Source: Vibrio vulnificus CMCP6
GTDB taxonomy: Bacteria; Pseudomonadota; Gammaproteobacteria; Enterobacterales; Vibrionaceae
NCBI RefSeq assembly: GCF_000039765.1
Contig: NC_004459.3
Span: 1,110,001-1,142,000 of the forward strand
Reading direction: 5' to 3'
DNA length: 32,000 bases
Part shown: positions 1-8,861 of the stretch, one piece after another
Layout of the letters: the number at the start of each line of letters is the position of its first letter
Numbering within the stretch: position 1 is the stretch's first letter
Notes under the pieces: generated by a model
What the model saw: only the letters and a program-made list of their open reading frames with translations
Databases searched by the model: none
Told to the model about the DNA's origin: nothing
Made by a program: the position numbers and the translations under genes

Positions 1-111
1 ACTGACGTTGAACTGTTTAGCCATCTCTGCATAAGGCGTTTTCGCGTCCGCCATCAGCGTTTTCAATATAGCGCGATCCAAATCATCAATCTTGGCATTG
101 GCTGAATGCAT
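1..111 (-). CDS. AsnC/Lrp-family transcriptional regulator, first 37 codons only (rest lies left of the window)
   Basis: Reverse complement of 1..111 reads MHSANAKIDDLDRAILKTLMADAKTPYAEMAKQFNVS. This resembles the N-terminal HTH of E. coli AsnC (..LDRGILEALMGNARTAYAELAKQFGVS). ATG at 109..111. Absent from the ORF track because it is truncated. Confidence 0.7.
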   Translation of the reverse strand, partial: MHSANAKIDDLDRAILKTLMADAKTPYAEMAKQFNVS

Positions 112-141
112 TGTCTGTCCCTTTTCTAATCAGCATATGGG

Positions 142-147
142 TATAAT
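142..147 (+). promoter_or_regulatory. Candidate -10 hexamer (TATAAT) for the downstream GGDEF-EAL gene
   Basis: Perfect TATAAT at 142..147 in the 108-bp divergent intergenic region. No convincing -35 element upstream. Confidence 0.3.
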
Positions 148-219
148 ACTAACAAGGGCAGCTTATCTTTCACAATCAAGGTTTTTTGCTCATAGGCGGA
201 ATGAGAGGAAGGTGAGCCA

Positions 220-3200
220 GTGCGATTTTGTTTTTCCATGTTGATAATGCTATGCAGCTTTTGGGCAAGTGCCCATGAGAAAAATATTTTAGTGGTGCAC
301 TCTTACCACCAAGGTTTCTTTTGGACTGACTCCTTCCAGCTTGGCCTCGCACAAACACTCGGTGAGCGCGACATCGCTCTGCGTGTGCTTTATCTCGATA
401 CCAAACGCAACCAAAGCGCCAGCTTTCTCAATCAGCTTTACTTTCTCTACAAAACCAAAGTGGAACAAGAACGCTTTGATGCGATTGTGGTGAGCGATAA
501 TGTCGCACTGCAGTTGATGCAGCGTTTGGCGGAGCCACTGGCGGGCACGCCGGTGATTTTTGGTGGCATTAATAATTACACGCCAGAAATGCACGCGGGT
601 TTGAATGCCACTGGCGTGATTGAAGATATTGATTTGCTGTCGAACGTGTCGCTGATTGAGCGTTTGCAGCCCCAAGCACAGCAAATTTTTGTGGTAACGG
701 ACCATTCGATCACGGGCGTCGCGCTGCGCGCGCAGGTGGACAAGTTTTTGTCCCGCTATCCTGAGTATCAGCAAAAAGTACAACATTTAGTGCCGAATAC
801 GCTGGCCGAGTTGATTGAGCGTGTGCAAACGCTCGATTTAGACAGCGCGGTGCTGTTTTGGGCTTATTACCGCGATGCCGATGGTACGTTGAGTGATGAT
901 GACGATTGGCAGGAACTCAACCGCGTCAGCAGAGCACCGATCTACATGGTGCACGATCTCGGTCTTGGTCATGGCGCGGTCGGCGGTGTGATTCAAAGTG
1001 GTTACAAGCAAGGTTTTGCAACGGGTGAAGTGTTGAACCAAGTGCTGGGCTCACCCGCCTCACCTTTACCGAAAGTGAAGGTGGTGGAGCCTGACATCAA
1101 ACTGGATTATCAAGCCGTGGCGCGCTGGAAGTTAGGGGTGGAAGGCGAGCCAGCCTCGGTGTTGGTCAATAAACCCGAGCCATTTTCAGTGCGTTACGCG
1201 CAAGAGATCCGCCTCTACAGCGCGGTATTTGTGATGTTGGTGCTGGTGATTGTGCTGTTAGTCTATTACTTGCGCCGTATTCAACAGAGCGAAACGTTAG
1301 CGCGTGAAAGTCAATCGATGCTCGAGTCAATTTTCGACCAGAGTTTGCAATACATCGGTATTTTAGACCGAAACGGCTGCTTGGTTTCCAGCAATGCACA
1401 ATTGCAAGATCTGCTGTTTTTCCAAGGGGTGCCGCTAGATCGCCCTTTATGGCAACACCAACATTGGGAAGACGCATCTGCCTCTCGTTTGGCTGACTAT
1501 TTTTCTGCGACGGAAGCGCAACTGAGCACCTTTGAAGCGGAGATTTGGAGTCGCAATCTCGGCGCGATGATGCTTGAAGTGTCTCTCAAACCGCTGCATA
1601 GCGTGGGAGATCAGCGAGGACAATACTTGTTTGAAGCACGAGACATCACCTCACGAAAGTTGATGGAAGAGAAGCTCTACAAACGTGAGTCCAACTTACG
1701 CAATTACTATGAGCAGCAGCCGGTGATGATGGTGACGCTGGATAAAAACAATCGTATTCAGCAGGTAAACCGTTTTGCTCAGCAGCTACTGGGCTATCAA
1801 CCCTTAGAAATGCTCGGCCATCTGCTGCAAGAATTCTATTGTGATGCTCAAGCCATGACGCCAAGGCAAATGCTGCTGCAACCGACACCAGCACTGCAAG
1901 GGGTTTGGCGTCGAGAGATTGAGTATCGTCACCAAGACGGCAGCGCGGTGTGGATACGCGAAAACATTCGTCCATTGACCGAGTCCGGGCAAATTTTGAT
2001 TGTTGGCGAAGACATCTCCCACAACAAGCAGCTGGCTCGTCAGTTGGAATACCAAGCCAAATACGATTTGTTGACCGATACCTTTAATCGGAACCAATTT
2101 GATATTGAACTCAAACGCGCGCTGCGCGAGGTGGAAAGCCATCGCCGTGTGCATGCGATGCTCTATATCGATTTGGATCAGCTTAAAGTGCTCAACGATA
2201 CCGCAGGGCATGATGCGGGGGATGGGGCCATTCAATTTTGCGCCAGCATGTTGGAAGAGGTGTTGCCGCATACCGCGATTTTGGCGCGCTTAGGGGGCGA
2301 TGAATTTGCTGTCTTACTCAAAGACAGCAATGAACACACCGCCATCGGTGTGGCGAAAACCATCATTGCTACATTGAGCAGCCAGCCTTTCATCTGGGAA
2401 AAAGTGCAGATAAACCTAACCTGCTCGATCGGCATTCGTATGATTGACCATACGGCCGAATCGCCGCAAATGGTGCATGCGCAGGCAGATACTGCCTGTC
2501 ATGCGGCCAAAGAGCAGGGGCGTAATCGCTTCAAATTGTTTAGCTTGGACAGCGAAGAGTTACAACGCCGTCAGCAGGAGATGGAGAGTGTTAACCTAGT
2601 CCATGACGCACTTGCTAACGACCGTCTAGAACTCTTTGCTCAACGCATTATTCCACTCAGCAAAGAGTGCGACAAAATGCACTTTGAGATCCTAACGCGC
2701 ATTCGTGACAAACAGGGGGAGTATCTCTCGCCTGCGATCTTTATGCCAGCATCCGAGCGCTACAACATTGCCCACCTGATTGATGAACAAGTGGTGACCA
2801 AAACCCTCGACTGGCTTGAGGCGCGCCCAGATGCGCTGCACCAGCTCGGTCGATGTTCGATAAACCTTTCGGGTCACTCGATGGGCAATCCAGAGTTTAT
2901 GGCGTTTTTGCTCGACCGATTGACCAACAGTGTGATTCCTTGCCATAAACTCTGTCTGGAAATCACCGAAACCGCCGCGATGAAAAACGTCGCCTTAGCG
3001 ATGGACTTCTTTGCTCAAGTGAAAGCACTTGGCTGCTTGATTGCGTTGGATGATTTTGGTTCAGGGCTGTCATCGTTTGGCTATCTCAAGCAATTGCCCG
3101 TCGATGTGGTGAAAATCGACGGCATTTTTGTGCAAGACATGCATCGCAATGAGAGCGATCACATCATGGTGCGAGCCATCAATGAGCTGGCACAGCAAAT

Positions 3201-3366
3201 GGGTAAGCAAACCGTGGCTGAGTTCGTTGAAAACAGTGAAATTATTGCGTTACTGACAGAACTCGGTGTGGATTACGCCCAAGGCTACGTGATTGGTTAT
3301 CCAACGCCATTGGCAGAGCTGGTGGCACAATGGCAGGACGAGTTTACATCGCGAAGTGGGTCTTGA
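220..3366 (+). CDS. Membrane-bound sensor diguanylate cyclase/phosphodiesterase: signal peptide, periplasmic solute-binding-like domain, TM helix, 2 PAS, GGDEF, EAL
   Basis: 1048-aa ORF with GTG start at 220 and GAGGAAGG 8 nt upstream (ATG at 238 is an alternative). N-terminal signal MRFCFSMLIMLCSFWASA. Periplasmic region resembles the ABC-substrate-binding-like sensor fold. TM helix is IRLYSAVFVMLVLVIVLLVYYL. PAS-like segments are LESIFDQS.. and NYYEQQPVMMVTLD... Intact RLGGDEFAVLL motif. EAL-domain motifs present: FEILTRI, INLS, EITE, DDFGSG, KIDG, EFVE, QGY. Confidence 0.9.
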   Translation: MRFCFSMLIMLCSFWASAHEKNILVVHSYHQGFFWTDSFQLGLAQTLGERDIALRVLYLDTKRNQSASFLNQLYFLYKTKVEQERFDAIVVSDNVALQLMQRLAEPLAGTPVIFGGINNYTPEMHAGLNATGVIEDIDLLSNVSLIERLQPQAQQIFVVTDHSITGVALRAQVDKFLSRYPEYQQKVQHLVPNTLAELIERVQTLDLDSAVLFWAYYRDADGTLSDDDDWQELNRVSRAPIYMVHDLGLGHGAVGGVIQSGYKQGFATGEVLNQVLGSPASPLPKVKVVEPDIKLDYQAVARWKLGVEGEPASVLVNKPEPFSVRYAQEIRLYSAVFVMLVLVIVLLVYYLRRIQQSETLARESQSMLESIFDQSLQYIGILDRNGCLVSSNAQLQDLLFFQGVPLDRPLWQHQHWEDASASRLADYFSATEAQLSTFEAEIWSRNLGAMMLEVSLKPLHSVGDQRGQYLFEARDITSRKLMEEKLYKRESNLRNYYEQQPVMMVTLDKNNRIQQVNRFAQQLLGYQPLEMLGHLLQEFYCDAQAMTPRQMLLQPTPALQGVWRREIEYRHQDGSAVWIRENIRPLTESGQILIVGEDISHNKQLARQLEYQAKYDLLTDTFNRNQFDIELKRALREVESHRRVHAMLYIDLDQLKVLNDTAGHDAGDGAIQFCASMLEEVLPHTAILARLGGDEFAVLLKDSNEHTAIGVAKTIIATLSSQPFIWEKVQINLTCSIGIRMIDHTAESPQMVHAQADTACHAAKEQGRNRFKLFSLDSEELQRRQQEMESVNLVHDALANDRLELFAQRIIPLSKECDKMHFEILTRIRDKQGEYLSPAIFMPASERYNIAHLIDEQVVTKTLDWLEARPDALHQLGRCSINLSGHSMGNPEFMAFLLDRLTNSVIPCHKLCLEITETAAMKNVALAMDFFAQVKALGCLIALDDFGSGLSSFGYLKQLPVDVVKIDGIFVQDMHRNESDHIMVRAINELAQQMGKQTVAEFVENSEIIALLTELGVDYAQGYVIGYPTPLAELVAQWQDEFTSRSGS

Positions 3367-3475
3367 GAGAATGCATCGCCCAGTTTAGGGCCGATGGAAT
3401 CGCTACAGTTCCAGCCTTGCTTGCGGTAAACTCGCCAGCCAGTTCCTCATCCATGACGATTTTTCGGAGCACCCT

Positions 3476-4255
3476 GTGCAACTACAACTGATTTGTGAAG
3501 ATGCGGCTTTACAGCCTTATCTCGACGCCATTGCCAGCAAATGGCAACTGACCCACGACGCAGACAGCCATTTCGCTCTTGTGCTGACGTTCGAGCGTTT
3601 GGAGTTGCGTAAGCTTGATGAACCTAAGCTGGGGGCAATTTATGTCGATTTGGCAGGCGGTGCGGTTGCGCATCGACGCAAGTTTGGTGGCGGCAAAGGG
3701 CAAGCCATAGCCAAAGCCGCGGGGCTCAACAAAGGGGCGACACCGACGGTTTTGGATGGCACGGCAGGGCTTGGGCGTGATGCGTTTGTCTTGGCCTCGC
3801 TTGGGTGCAAGGTGCAGATGGTGGAGCGCAACCCTGTTGTGGCCGCTTTGCTCGACGATGGCTTAACCAGAGCGAAAAAAGATGATGAAATCGGTGCTTG
3901 GGTGAGTGAGCGTATGTCACTGCTGCACGCGTCAAGCCACGATGCGCTCGCCGCGTTAGCCAGCGATGCCGAATTTGTTCGTCCCGATGTGGTCTATCTG
4001 GACCCAATGTACCCGCATCCTGAGAACAAAAAGAAAACCGCCTTAGTGAAAAAAGAGATGCGCGTGTTTCAATCTTTGGTGGGAGCAGATACCGATGCCG
4101 ACGCGCTGCTCACACCGGCGTTAGCATTGGCGACCAAGCGTGTGGTGGTGAAGCGCCCAGACTATGCAGAGTGGCTCGATGGCGTTAAACCCAGCATGGC
4201 GATTGAGACCAAAAAGAACCGTTTTGACGTCTATGTCAACGCGTCGATGAGTTAA
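3476..4255 (+). CDS. rsmJ: 16S rRNA (guanine1516-N2)-methyltransferase RsmJ (YhiQ family)
   Basis: 259-aa ORF with GTG start. Contains SAM-binding [29 protein letters not shown] and conserved VVYLDPMYP. The overall pattern is that of RsmJ/YhiQ. Confidence 0.85.
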   Translation: MQLQLICEDAALQPYLDAIASKWQLTHDADSHFALVLTFERLELRKLDEPKLGAIYVDLAGGAVAHRRKFGGGKGQAIAKAAGLNKGATPTVLDGTAGLGRDAFVLASLGCKVQMVERNPVVAALLDDGLTRAKKDDEIGAWVSERMSLLHASSHDALAALASDAEFVRPDVVYLDPMYPHPENKKKTALVKKEMRVFQSLVGADTDADALLTPALALATKRVVVKRPDYAEWLDGVKPSMAIETKKNRFDVYVNASMS

Positions 4256-4292
4256 GCGCTTTTCCCCTCAATCTCTCCTTTTCTTTCCTGTC

Positions 4293-4318
4293 GCGCAGAA
4301 AGAGTCACATTTCTGCGC
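4293..4318 (+). terminator. Hairpin downstream of rsmJ (possible terminator)
   Basis: Perfect 9-bp stem GCGCAGAAA / TTTCTGCGC (4293..4301 and 4310..4318) with an 8-nt loop. Followed by TTGCC rather than a clean T-run. Confidence 0.4.
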
Positions 4319-4347
4319 TTGCCAATTTGCCGCACTCGCTGTATATC
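4319..4347 (+). promoter_or_regulatory. Candidate sigma70 promoter for the small Cys/Lys-rich protein gene
   Basis: TTGCCA (4319..4324), 17-bp spacer, TATATC (4342..4347), followed by an AT-rich leader (AATTATTATTATTCAAATTG). Confidence 0.3.
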
Positions 4348-4414
4348 TAACTAAGAATTATTATTATTCAAATTGTCGGTAATGTGCAGGCATGGTTTGT
4401 GTTGGAGTAGTCGC

Positions 4415-4912
4415 ATGACAAAACGCTTTTGTAAGATGGATAGAAGAGAAATCGCCAGTCAATTGGGTGAGATTCATCAGTTGGTTGCAGCGCCCAAATA
4501 CCTGTGCCGATCTTGTGCGCGTGCGTCTTCATCGAAAAGTTCGCTGTGTAAGCCGCAAGCCATTCCGAGCCTAAAATCGAAAGCCAAACCCTTGGCGGTA
4601 AAGGCTGCCACGCTACCCTCGCCAACGTCGATAGCCGAGAATCAACGTCCGCAAACATTACTGACGGCGGAGTCGGTGAGTGCGTTTGACATTAATTTGC
4701 CATCACTGGGTAAAAAACAACTTAAGCAAGCCAAACAGGCGCTGAAAAAACAGCGCAAATACCATAAGAAACTGGCGAAGTTAGCCAAGCAAAAAGTCAA
4801 ACAACTGCAAAAGCGTGAAAAGTTGGAAGGAAAACTCAACAAATACAACGGCATTTTACGAGTGTTAAGCCACAAACAAGTATTGCAAGGCAGTGCCGAT
4901 CAAGTGCACTAA
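4415..4912 (+). CDS. Hypothetical small basic protein: N-terminal Cys motif plus C-terminal Lys-rich coiled-coil
   Basis: The ORF track opens at 4373 (TTG). I prefer ATG 4415, which has GGAG 7 nt upstream. Product starts MTKRFCKMDRREIASQLGEIHQLVAAPKYLCRSCARASSSKSSLCKP. It ends with ...KKQLKQAKQALKKQRKYHKKLAKLAKQKVKQLQKREKLEGKLNKY. I recognise no family with assigned function. Confidence 0.6.
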   Translation: MTKRFCKMDRREIASQLGEIHQLVAAPKYLCRSCARASSSKSSLCKPQAIPSLKSKAKPLAVKAATLPSPTSIAENQRPQTLLTAESVSAFDINLPSLGKKQLKQAKQALKKQRKYHKKLAKLAKQKVKQLQKREKLEGKLNKYNGILRVLSHKQVLQGSADQVH

Positions 4913-4934
4913 GCGTGCTTAAGCAAGAATAACG

Positions 4935-4962
4935 ACTCAGCCCACCGAATGGTGGGCTGAGT
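4935..4962. terminator. Hairpin between convergent genes (likely bidirectional terminator)
   Basis: Perfect 12-bp stem ACTCAGCCCACC / GGTGGGCTGAGT with GAAT loop. Lies between the stop at 4912 (+) and the stop at 5004 (-). Confidence 0.7.
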
Positions 4963-5003
4963 GCATGTGGGTCATTGAAGCAGGGCGCTAGGCGAGATAA
5001 GGG

Positions 5004-5894
5004 CTAGGCTTGTGACGCTTTGCGAGCAAAGTCGCGTTCCACTTTGGCTTTGACCCAAGTTTCATTCAGCCACAGCGAAAACAGAATGACCCCGCCGCCC
5101 AATGTTAGGCGCAGAAAATCGACATCGCGATTCCAAATCACGATGTTGACGATAAGCCCCGCTGGCACCAAAGCGTTGTTCATTACCGCCAAGGCTCCAG
5201 CATTAACCAACGTTGCCCCTTTGTTCCAGGCAAAATAGCCCAAGCCAGATGCAATCAGGCCTAAGTAAATCAAAATTCCCCATTGCAGTTCGGTGGTGGG
5301 CAGCTTGCTCGGATTGCCCATTAAAGCAAACGCCACTAAGGCCACACACAGTGCACCAAGGTAGAAGTAGCCAAATACCGTGTGTTGTGGCAACTCGAGT
5401 TGCTCTTTCTCCATGATGTATTTGTAGCCCACTTGGCCAATGGCAAAACAGAGGTTTGCTCCTTGCACCACCAAAAAGCCCAGCAAGAAGTTCGGGTTAA
5501 TGGTGGCAAATTTGATAAAGACGGCGCCTAATACGGCGATGATGGCCGTCACCAAATACCAAGGAGAGAAGCGCCCGTGCAGCAAATCGTAGATCAGCGT
5601 GACGTAGATCGGCGTAAAGACGGTGAACAGCAACACTTCAGGAACAGACAGCAGCAGAAACGATTGGTAATAGAAGCAGTACATCAAGCCGAGCTGGAAG
5701 CCGCCGACCACCATTAATTTACCGATCAGACGCTTGCTGACCCCTTTGAATTTGAGGAAAGGAACAAACACGACGCTGGCGAGTGCTACGCGCATCAGCA
5801 CCGAAAACCAAGAATCCACCTGACCGGCGAGGTAAACGCCAATCAAGCTAAATGAAAATGCCCATAACAGGGTGACTGCGGAGAGATAAAACAT
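5004..5894 (-). CDS. DMT-superfamily (EamA-like) inner-membrane transporter
   Basis: 296-aa ORF, hydrophobic throughout with about 10 predicted TM segments arranged as two EamA-like halves (..LLWAFSFSLIGVYL.., ..GLIASGLGYFAWNKG..). Confidence 0.8.
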   Translation of the reverse strand: MFYLSAVTLLWAFSFSLIGVYLAGQVDSWFSVLMRVALASVVFVPFLKFKGVSKRLIGKLMVVGGFQLGLMYCFYYQSFLLLSVPEVLLFTVFTPIYVTLIYDLLHGRFSPWYLVTAIIAVLGAVFIKFATINPNFLLGFLVVQGANLCFAIGQVGYKYIMEKEQLELPQHTVFGYFYLGALCVALVAFALMGNPSKLPTTELQWGILIYLGLIASGLGYFAWNKGATLVNAGALAVMNNALVPAGLIVNIVIWNRDVDFLRLTLGGGVILFSLWLNETWVKAKVERDFARKASQA

Positions 5895-5959
5895 AGTGAT
5901 AACGAGTAAATAACAAATGTCCGCAGTCTACCGATTTGCCGAGAAGGGCAAAAGCAAAA

Positions 5960-6385
5960 TCACTCTTTAAGTGGTACAACCAACATATCAACCGGAGAGC
6001 AGTTGATCAGTTGACGAGTAGAAGAGAGCAGTTTACTCCAAAAATCTTGGTGATGGCCGCACACCAGTAAATCCACTTGGTACTCACCAATGGTGTCACA
6101 CAGTTCATTGCTTAAATCGCCGCTGCCGACCAAGGTATGAGTGATCGGGAAGTTGGCATATTCCGCCAGATTCGCCAGTTGTGTGCGCGAGGCTTCCATC
6201 GCCTGATGTTGTGCTTCGGCCATGTTGATGTCGATAAGTCCGGTGTACAGCTCGGCGTAATTCACATCAATATGAATAAAGGATACTTTCGCTTCTAAAG
6301 CTTTTGCTAAAGAAACAGCTTTATCGATCAATAGCTTGCTGTCGTCAGAAAGATCAACCGCGACTAAAATGTGTTGATAACTCAT
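5960..6385 (-). CDS. uspA: Universal stress protein A
   Basis: Start trimmed to ATG 6385, with AGGAG upstream on the minus strand. [27 protein letters not shown]...[32 protein letters not shown] is near-colinear with E. coli UspA (MAYKHILIAVDLSPESK...[21 protein letters not shown]). Confidence 0.9.
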   Translation of the reverse strand: [141 protein letters not shown]

Positions 6386-6552
6386 GGTGTGCTCTCCTGT
6401 ATCGTTTTCCCCCTCGGGTATAGTTAAAACATAGCACTTAGGTGAAGAGTTTTTTGCCAAAGGGATCTCAGATCCAATCCCATGTAACAAAGAGTTATCG
6501 AATTTTTCGTGGTATAGTAGCTCAAAACGGATACAAACAATCAGGAGTCCTC

Positions 6553-7080
6553 ATGCTGTCTCAGACTATGGTCGAACAATTGAATGCGCAAATTAATCTG
6601 GAATTTTTCTCATCCAATCTATACTTACAAATGAGTGCTTGGTGTGAAGATAAAGGATTTGATGGCGCAGCACAGTTTTTAAGAGTGCACGCTGTGGAAG
6701 AGATGCAACACATGCAACGCCTGTTCACTTACGTCAGCGAGACGGGTGCATTACCGATTCTGGGCGCGATTGCAGCACCAAAACATGATTTTGCAAGCTT
6801 GGGTGAAGTGTTCCGCGAAACGTATGAACATGAACAAATGATCACTCAGCAGATTAATAAGCTCGCTCATGTTGCGTTTACCAGTCAGGATTATTCAACC
6901 TTTAATTTCCTGCAGTGGTATGTCGCAGAGCAGCACGAAGAAGAAAAATTGTTCAAAGGGATTTTGGACAAAATTGAACTTGTTGGTGAAGATGGCAAAG
7001 CCCTGTTCTTCATCGATAAAGATCTGGCACAAATGGCGAAAGAAGGTTCATCTTCAATCATGGATGCTCCAGCAGCTTAA
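6553..7080 (+). CDS. ftnA: Non-haem bacterial ferritin
   Basis: Start trimmed to ATG 6553, with AGGAG at 6543. Ferritin ferroxidase-centre pattern present: [57 protein letters not shown]. Confidence 0.9.
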   Translation: MLSQTMVEQLNAQINLEFFSSNLYLQMSAWCEDKGFDGAAQFLRVHAVEEMQHMQRLFTYVSETGALPILGAIAAPKHDFASLGEVFRETYEHEQMITQQINKLAHVAFTSQDYSTFNFLQWYVAEQHEEEKLFKGILDKIELVGEDGKALFFIDKDLAQMAKEGSSSIMDAPAA

Positions 7081-7110
7081 CGGAACAGCCAGTTTCCGTT
7101 AGCGGGTTAG

Positions 7111-7133
7111 AAAGACATTGATTGTCTTTTTCT
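7111..7133 (+). terminator. Weak AT-rich hairpin plus T-run after ftnA
   Basis: AAAGACA / TGTCTTT stem with TTGAT loop, followed by TTTTCTCTT. Confidence 0.4.
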
Positions 7134-7166
7134 CTTGAGCATTGATGAAGATGTAGGGAGGAAAAG

Positions 7167-7490
7167 ATGATCAATGGAGATATTATCCTGTTTGCGCTTA
7201 TGGTGGTAACGGGGGTTAACCTCGCTCGTTATCTTACCGCTCTTCGTTCACTGATTTATATCATGCGTGAAGCGCATCCACTGTTATATCAACAAGTGGA
7301 TGGTAACGGATTTTTTACCACTCACGGCAATGTCACCAAACAGGTGCGACTCTACCACTATCTGAAAAGCAAAGAGTACCACCATCATCACGATGAAGTT
7401 TTTACTGGGAAATGCGATCGGGTAAGAGAGTTATTCGTCCTGAGTGTAAGCTTGACCGGTGTGACTTTGTTGGCTGCATTTCTTCTGTAG
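7167..7490 (+). CDS. uspB: Universal stress protein B
   Basis: 107-aa two-TM protein. ..[50 protein letters not shown].. parallels E. coli UspB (..[46 protein letters not shown]..). Confidence 0.9.
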   Translation: MINGDIILFALMVVTGVNLARYLTALRSLIYIMREAHPLLYQQVDGNGFFTTHGNVTKQVRLYHYLKSKEYHHHHDEVFTGKCDRVRELFVLSVSLTGVTLLAAFLL

Positions 7491-7541
7491 CCAGTGCTTG
7501 GAAAATAACCCCCTTTGCCGTTAGAATAGCGGCGAAAAAGT

Positions 7542-7570
7542 AAGGATGTGCCAACTGCACATCCTTTTTT
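7542..7570 (+). terminator. Rho-independent terminator of uspB
   Basis: 10-bp stem AAGGATGTGC / GCACATCCTT with a 5-nt loop, running into TTTTTT (7565..7570). Confidence 0.8.
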
Positions 7571-7592
7571 ATTGTCAGAGAGATTTTCCAGC

Positions 7593-8780
7593 ATGAGTAA
7601 CAAGTTTGATGTGGTGGTGATTGGTGCCGGTGCGGCGGGATTGATGTGTGCTGCCGAGGCAGGCCGTCGTGGCCGCAAAGTGTTGGTGCTTGACCACGCG
7701 AAAAAGCCAGGCCGCAAAATTCTCATCTCCGGTGGTGGTCGTTGTAATTTCACCAACAATGAGGTCTCGGCGAAAAACTACTTGTGCCGGAATCCCCATT
7801 TCGTCAAATCCGCCCTGTCGCAGTACAGCAACTGGGACTTCATTTCGATGATCTACAAGTATGGCATTGAGTTTGAAGAGCGCGACCATGGTCAGTTGTT
7901 CTGCCTCGACTCTGCCAAAGAGATCGTCAACATGCTGCTGAGTGAGTGTGACCAGCCGAACATTGCCCAGCGCTACCAGGTACTACTCACCGAAATCGAG
8001 AAAACCGAGCAAGGTTTTGTGCTGCGTGCTGGCGCAGAGGCATTTGAATGCCAATCTCTGGTGGTGGCGACGGGTGGCTTATCGATGCCAAAACTGGGCG
8101 CGACCCCTTTCGGCTATAAAATCGCTGAGCAGTTTGGTATTCCAGTGGTGCCGACCACCGCAGGCTTAGTGCCATTTACGCTGCATAAGCAAGACAAAGA
8201 AGATTTTGCTGAGCTCTCGGGGATTGCCATTCCGGCGGAGATCACCGCAGAAGATGGTACGTTGTTTAAAGAAGCACTGCTGTTTACCCATCGCGGCTTA
8301 TCTGGCCCTGCGGTGTTGCAAATCTCCTCGTATTGGAAGGCTGGTCAAGCGGTGAGCATTAATCTGGTGCCTGAGGTGGATGTGCTGGAGCTGCTGCAAC
8401 GCAATTTGGAAAAACACCCAAATCAGAGCATGAAAAACACGCTGGCGAAAGTGCTGCCTAAGCGCCTCGTCGAAGTACTGATCGAGCGTAACGAGCTGAC
8501 GGACAAACCTCTTAAGCAATACAATGGAAAAGAGCTGCAAGAGATTGTCGAGTATTTGGAGCATTGGAAAATTGCGCCTAATGGCACTGAGGGCTACCGC
8601 ACGGCGGAAGTCACGTTGGGCGGTGTGGACACCGATTACCTTTCCTCAAAAACCATGGAGTGCAAAACCGTCCCAGGGCTGTACTTTATTGGTGAAGTGA
8701 TGGATGTGACAGGTTGGCTTGGCGGCTACAATTTCCAGTGGTGCTGGTCGAGCGGCTTTGTCGCGGGGCAGTGGGTGTAA
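7593..8780 (+). CDS. NAD(P)/FAD-dependent oxidoreductase, HI0933/YhiN (BaiN-like) family
   Basis: Start trimmed to ATG 7593. Contains N-terminal dinucleotide fold DVVVIGAGAAGLMCAAEAGRRGRKVLVLDH, ISGGGRCNFTN, and C-terminal GLYFIGEVMDVTGWLGGYNFQWCWSSG, all typical of this family. Confidence 0.85.
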   Translation: MSNKFDVVVIGAGAAGLMCAAEAGRRGRKVLVLDHAKKPGRKILISGGGRCNFTNNEVSAKNYLCRNPHFVKSALSQYSNWDFISMIYKYGIEFEERDHGQLFCLDSAKEIVNMLLSECDQPNIAQRYQVLLTEIEKTEQGFVLRAGAEAFECQSLVVATGGLSMPKLGATPFGYKIAEQFGIPVVPTTAGLVPFTLHKQDKEDFAELSGIAIPAEITAEDGTLFKEALLFTHRGLSGPAVLQISSYWKAGQAVSINLVPEVDVLELLQRNLEKHPNQSMKNTLAKVLPKRLVEVLIERNELTDKPLKQYNGKELQEIVEYLEHWKIAPNGTEGYRTAEVTLGGVDTDYLSSKTMECKTVPGLYFIGEVMDVTGWLGGYNFQWCWSSGFVAGQWV

Positions 8781-8807
8781 GCTCAAGGAAACACCAATAA
8801 AAAAACA

Positions 8808-8836
8808 GAGGGACGGTTCAACCGTCCCTTTGCTTT
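8808..8836. terminator. Bidirectional terminator between yhiN-like (+) and hemY (-)
   Basis: GGGACGGT / ACCGTCCC stem, flanked by an A-run on the left (8799..8805) and TTTGCTTTT on the right. Confidence 0.8.
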
Positions 8837-8861
8837 TACAGGTTATCTCTTTCACCAAGAA

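Noticed and set aside
6530-6548. Possible Fur box upstream of ftnA (GATACAAACAATCAGGAGT)
   Set aside because: It matches the 19-bp Fur consensus GATAATGATAATCATTATC at only about 11 of 19 positions, and it overlaps the RBS. That is too weak to call without a PWM score or conservation data.
6386-6552. N-terminal extensions offered by the ORF track for uspA (to 6490) and ftnA (from 6442)
   Set aside because: The two extensions would overlap each other on opposite strands. They add non-conserved residues ahead of N-termini that align to E. coli UspA and ferritin from internal ATGs with good AGGAG sites. The same logic was used to trim hemD (12048 to 11997), the yhiN-like gene (7548 to 7593), the EVE gene (25828 to 25840), the cdpA-like gene (21074 to 21107) and lptM (16243 to 16342).
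7375-7392. His-run (YHHHHD) in UspB, considered as a possible metal-binding or slippage feature
   Set aside because: It aligns with the DHHDD region of E. coli UspB, and the codons alternate (CAC CAT CAT CAC), so this is not a homopolymeric tract. It is unremarkable.
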